The translations under genes were made by a program, and so were the position numbers. DNA of 64,000 nt, taken from assembly GCA_963667425.1 (NCBI GenBank), contig OY763407.1, forward strand, positions 2,201,464-2,265,463. The letters run 5' to 3'. How positions within the stretch are numbered: the first letter of the stretch is position 1; every line of letters starts with the position of its first letter. The DNA comes from a bacterium (GTDB taxonomy: Bacteria > UBP6 > UBA1177 > G963667425). Below the pieces are notes generated by a model. It saw nothing but the letters and a program-made list of their open reading frames with translations, was not told the DNA's origin and searched no databases. This document shows, piece by piece, positions 60,268 to 64,000 of the stretch.

Positions 60268-60894
60268 TCATTTTATAAAAAGATTTAGTTCCAATGCTAT
60301 AATATTTGAAACTGCATGAAATAAGACAGCATAAAAAATATTGCTCCTACTTTTTTCTGTAAACCATCCAAATAAAAGTGAAGGAAAGAAAGTACTCATT
60401 CTTAAAGGATTTAAAAACGAAATAGCATGAGCTGTTCCAAAAATAAAAGAGGTCATCAAATTCTTTTTTGTAAGAATAAAGAAAACTTTTTTATTGTGTT
60501 TTTTAAAAATAGTTTCCTGTAACCATCCTCTAAAAAAAAGCTCTTCAGGAAGAGCAACAACAATACCAAGAAGAAGACCATAAAAAAAGTTTGAAACAAC
60601 GGCTGAAATTTCAGGTAAGTGAAAATGTGCTTTTTCAAATAATAAAAACCATCCAAAAAAAAGCGGAGGATATAAGATAGCAGTTGCAGCTGAGATTAAT
60701 AAAAATGGTTTTATCCCTTCCAAGTTTAATTTGAGAAACTCTGCCCATCTAAATTTTTTGTCAAGAATATGTGGCAGAGCAAGGAGTATCAATGGGAAAA
60801 ACACACTTCTCCATTTAAAAAAAGTAAGATTCATAATCAATGCTGTTGTTGTAAGTACGGCGAAAGCGATAAAAGCTTTTGTATAATTTTTCAT
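60268..60894 (-). CDS. CPBP (Abi/CAAX) family intramembrane glutamic endopeptidase, myxosortase-like
   Basis: PEELFFRGWLQ (EExxxR), FGTAH, TFFPSLLFGW, HAVSN; multiple TM segments. Confidence 0.88.
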   Translation of the reverse strand: MKNYTKAFIAFAVLTTTALIMNLTFFKWRSVFFPLILLALPHILDKKFRWAEFLKLNLEGIKPFLLISAATAILYPPLFFGWFLLFEKAHFHLPEISAVVSNFFYGLLLGIVVALPEELFFRGWLQETIFKKHNKKVFFILTKKNLMTSFIFGTAHAISFLNPLRMSTFFPSLLFGWFTEKSRSNIFYAVLFHAVSNIIALELNLFIK

Positions 60895-61092
60895 TTCTTC
60901 TCCAAAAACAGAGGTGAGATTTTATATTAAAACTTTTTTAATCGCAATTTATTGAAAATAAACAATGTTTTGGGCATGTAATTTTTAAACAATAAAAATA
61001 TTCTATGATTTTAACATGTTGACTTTATTAAATAAAAAAATAAGGTATGTTAGTTGCTTGCTTTTTGTCCGACTTTTTGTGGGAGGGGGACA

Positions 61093-63396
61093 ATGTTTTA
61101 TTTAAAAAGAGTTTTTGTTTTTTTGTTTCTTTTTCTTGTTTTCTTTTCAGGATGTGATGACAGTAGTTCAAGAAAACATGATAGCGATGTTCTTTTAGAT
61201 GAAGATTCAGCCGATACTGATGTTTATGTAGATGAAGAAAATAATGATTCAGAGGGTGTCGATTCAGATTTGGACACTTCTCTTTTTCCTGATGAATCTT
61301 TTTTATCTCCATCAAAAGGGCTTACTTTAAAAATGAAAGGAGTTATTTCTTCACAAAGTGTTCAAAACGGAAGCATAGATGTTCTTGATGTAATATACAC
61401 TGATGAAAATGGCAATAATCTTTATTTAAATGATAAAGCTTCAGCAAATATTGCAGCTCAGTCTGGTTCTGTTGTGGTAACATTTTCAGAAGCTGTAATG
61501 ACAGATAATCGTTCTCACTTTATCTATTTTTCTTTTCCTAAATCTTATCTCGATTCTGATGATATAGGCAAAATAGCAGAAAGAACAGATGTTGATCCGG
61601 TTGTTTATCAATATGAATATAAAGAGGGTGGCAAAATAGTTATTCAATGCCCTGTAGCTGTCAAAGATAATTCGAAATCGCTTTTAAGTTTTGTTGATTC
61701 TGAAGATCAGACATTTATTGCCGGAGACACAATGTATGCAATGATGAATGTGCCTCTTATTAAAGGCAAAACAGCACTGAGAGAATTCTATGGTGAAAAT
61801 AGTTATGATAACATGTGTTACTGTTATGACTACATTGAAGAAGATGGCAGTTATAAACCCAGAAGCTGTGAAACAGGAGATCTTTATCTGAAACCTGAAA
61901 AACCTTATGCTCTTTTTCCCAAAGACAGATCTTTAAATTCTGCTTTACAGGGAACTGTAGAGCTTGCTTTTTCAGGAGGTGAAGATCCTCAGGGGTTTGA
62001 TGTAACTTATTCTATTTATGCTGGAAAAGATCCTTTAAATCTTAATGCTGTTGCTGAAAATGTTACATCAAACAAGCTTTCTTTTCCGGTAGAAGCCGGC
62101 ATGAATTATTTTTGGAAAATAAAAGCGGAAAATATTAAAGGTCTTTATTCTGAAAGTGAAATTTATTCTTTTACCACAAAAGATTCTTCAGAATATGCAG
62201 ATCTTTTAATACTTGTAAACAAAGATAAGGAAACGGCTCTTTCAGATGTTTTAAATGAGTATGTTCAGCAGCTTCAGAATGAAGGATATAAAGCAGAGTT
62301 AAAATATCTTATTTTTGATGAAGAAATGCCTCTTACAGTTGAAGATCTTAAAAATATTATAAAAACTTACTATCAGGAAAAGTTTATAAGAGGAACACTA
62401 CTGCTTGGAAATTTTCCTGCTGCATGGTATGAAATGGATATGACGGTAACTTCTTCAACTAGTGAACCTTATCAGATGTATGAGACATTTCCGACAGATA
62501 TCTACTTGTCTGATTTTACTGCTGAGTGGTTTGATGAAAGAGATAAAGATAACAATTCAGTTGCTAATGGAATATATGATAGACATACAGCACTGAACAC
62601 CAAGGTTTTTGTTGCAAGAATTCTTGGGGAGAGTGATAAAATAGCTAATTATTTTAATAAAGTAAAAAAATATAAAACAGAAGGTCACCTGATATCACCA
62701 TCTCTTTTTCTCTTTATTGATGAAGACTGGCAGTCAGGAGCCGGTTCTACCTGGTGGCTGGAAAATGTTTATGAAAAAACAACTGAATATGCAACACCTG
62801 AAACAACAACGCAGGATAAATATCTTGATTTTATGACTGGTAGCGGGGCGGAATTTATCTATCAATGGATACATTCAGATCCTGGAATGCTCTACTTTAA
62901 TACAAATTACGGTGGAGATTACCTGACACGTGAAACCATAGAAAATTCAGGTGTAAAAGGTAGTTTCTATAATCTTTTTGATTGTTCTGCCGTTAGATTT
63001 ACAGAAGAAAATCTTGGTGATATGTATCTAAAAACAGAGTATGGACTTGCTGTTATCGGTTCTTCAAAAACCGGTGGCATGTATAATCCAAAAATATTTC
63101 ATACTGATCTGTCAAATAGCCTGCCTTGGGGCATAGCTTTTAGAGATTGGTATAATGAAGAGGGAGTAAAAGATGATTCATGGTTTCTTGGTTTTAATAT
63201 AATGGGAGATCCATTAATAAAATTAAATAGTGAAAACAGTACTGTTTACAAAAGATCTGTTTCTACAAAAGAATTTAATGTATGGGAAATCAGTGAATTA
63301 AAAAAGAAAATGATAACTCAGCAAAAGCTTAGAAATAACGGTGGCTTTGATATTTATAAAAAGCAAAATCCTTCTTTTTTCAAAATTCTGCCATAA
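61093..63396 (+). CDS. Lipoprotein with FN3-like domain and C25-like cysteine peptidase domain
   Basis: FFSGC lipobox after GGGAGGGG RBS; TYSIY...YFWKIKAEN FN3-like; LLLGNFP, PTDIYLSD, VARI, WIHS and FDCS candidate dyad, IMGDP. Confidence 0.78.
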   Translation: MFYLKRVFVFLFLFLVFFSGCDDSSSRKHDSDVLLDEDSADTDVYVDEENNDSEGVDSDLDTSLFPDESFLSPSKGLTLKMKGVISSQSVQNGSIDVLDVIYTDENGNNLYLNDKASANIAAQSGSVVVTFSEAVMTDNRSHFIYFSFPKSYLDSDDIGKIAERTDVDPVVYQYEYKEGGKIVIQCPVAVKDNSKSLLSFVDSEDQTFIAGDTMYAMMNVPLIKGKTALREFYGENSYDNMCYCYDYIEEDGSYKPRSCETGDLYLKPEKPYALFPKDRSLNSALQGTVELAFSGGEDPQGFDVTYSIYAGKDPLNLNAVAENVTSNKLSFPVEAGMNYFWKIKAENIKGLYSESEIYSFTTKDSSEYADLLILVNKDKETALSDVLNEYVQQLQNEGYKAELKYLIFDEEMPLTVEDLKNIIKTYYQEKFIRGTLLLGNFPAAWYEMDMTVTSSTSEPYQMYETFPTDIYLSDFTAEWFDERDKDNNSVANGIYDRHTALNTKVFVARILGESDKIANYFNKVKKYKTEGHLISPSLFLFIDEDWQSGAGSTWWLENVYEKTTEYATPETTTQDKYLDFMTGSGAEFIYQWIHSDPGMLYFNTNYGGDYLTRETIENSGVKGSFYNLFDCSAVRFTEENLGDMYLKTEYGLAVIGSSKTGGMYNPKIFHTDLSNSLPWGIAFRDWYNEEGVKDDSWFLGFNIMGDPLIKLNSENSTVYKRSVSTKEFNVWEISELKKKMITQQKLRNNGGFDIYKKQNPSFFKILP

Positions 63397-63456
63397 TATT
63401 TTCTTTAAAAACTTAATGCTCTGTGTAGACTTTTAATGTTTTAAAAGGAGGTCTAT

Positions 63457-63984
63457 ATGAAAAAAAATCTTTTATTTCTGTTGTTATCAGCAGCGATACT
63501 GTTTTCGTGTTCAACACCAGAGCTTAAGGAAAACGATGCATCTTCTCTACTTAAGGAAAGAACACAGAAAGAAGGTGGAAGATCTGTCTCTTTTTATCTC
63601 GGTTCAGTTACAGATCCGAATTACAGAGACGTGTATAAGAAAATTTCTACCGGAAAATATCTTGAGTATAAAGAAAATGTTTACATAAAAGAAGCGGGAA
63701 AATCATTTCCTTTGTTTAGTGCCACAGATCTTGGAAAGAAGCTCTTTACCTGTAAAAACAATAGATGTAGTATTGAGATTTGCAGAAGAGAGTTTGGAAA
63801 AATCGAATCAATTAATGTTTTTGGTGGAAAGAATGCAGAAGTGAAATACACTGTTGATTCAGTTTGTGAAGGAGAGCTCTATTCTCTTTTTAAACCTCTT
63901 GCAGATAAACAGTATATTTCTTCGAAAGAAGAAAATCTTTCAGCTTCATTTGTTCTAGAAAAAGATAAATGGATTTTAAAATAA
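63457..63984 (+). CDS. Lipoprotein of unknown function
   Basis: MKKNLLFLLLSAAILFSC lipobox; AGGAGG RBS. Confidence 0.8.
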   Translation: MKKNLLFLLLSAAILFSCSTPELKENDASSLLKERTQKEGGRSVSFYLGSVTDPNYRDVYKKISTGKYLEYKENVYIKEAGKSFPLFSATDLGKKLFTCKNNRCSIEICRREFGKIESINVFGGKNAEVKYTVDSVCEGELYSLFKPLADKQYISSKEENLSASFVLEKDKWILK

Positions 63985-64000
63985 TATATTATTCCGGCAA

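Overview
AT-rich bacterial chromosome window from a diderm organism (Lgt, TonB system, about 10 lipoproteins), very probably containing the replication origin. The housekeeping core is tmk-pdp; mnmE-mnmG-rsmG with a parS site; purE-tsaC-methyltransferase-ABC-F-dnaA-dnaN-recF; lgt; rpiB; a 7-gene V/A-type ATPase operon (E, DUF2764-like, A, B, D, I, K); uvrC; and trpS. Accessory content: (i) an 11-gene minus-strand TonB2-like operon, probably for metal uptake, led by a His-rich ORF ending APKNSPP whose last codons can pair with the next gene's RBS (candidate ribosome-arrest metal sensor); (ii) an AAA/DUF4143-type gene flanked by a direct repeat that includes a relic of the receptor gene's 3' end; (iii) a TSP3-VWA lipoprotein resembling CglD; (iv) two chemoreceptors and an XRE switch; (v) a 13 kb surface-protease cluster with two gingipain-like (C25) proteases (the larger has its signal peptide frameshifted by a 14-bp duplication), two mosaic tandem lipoproteins bracketed by GTAG-type REP hairpins, and a myxosortase-like CPBP protease. 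I saw no rRNA, tRNA, CRISPR array, integrase or transposase. All family calls come from reading motifs by eye; no database searches were run.
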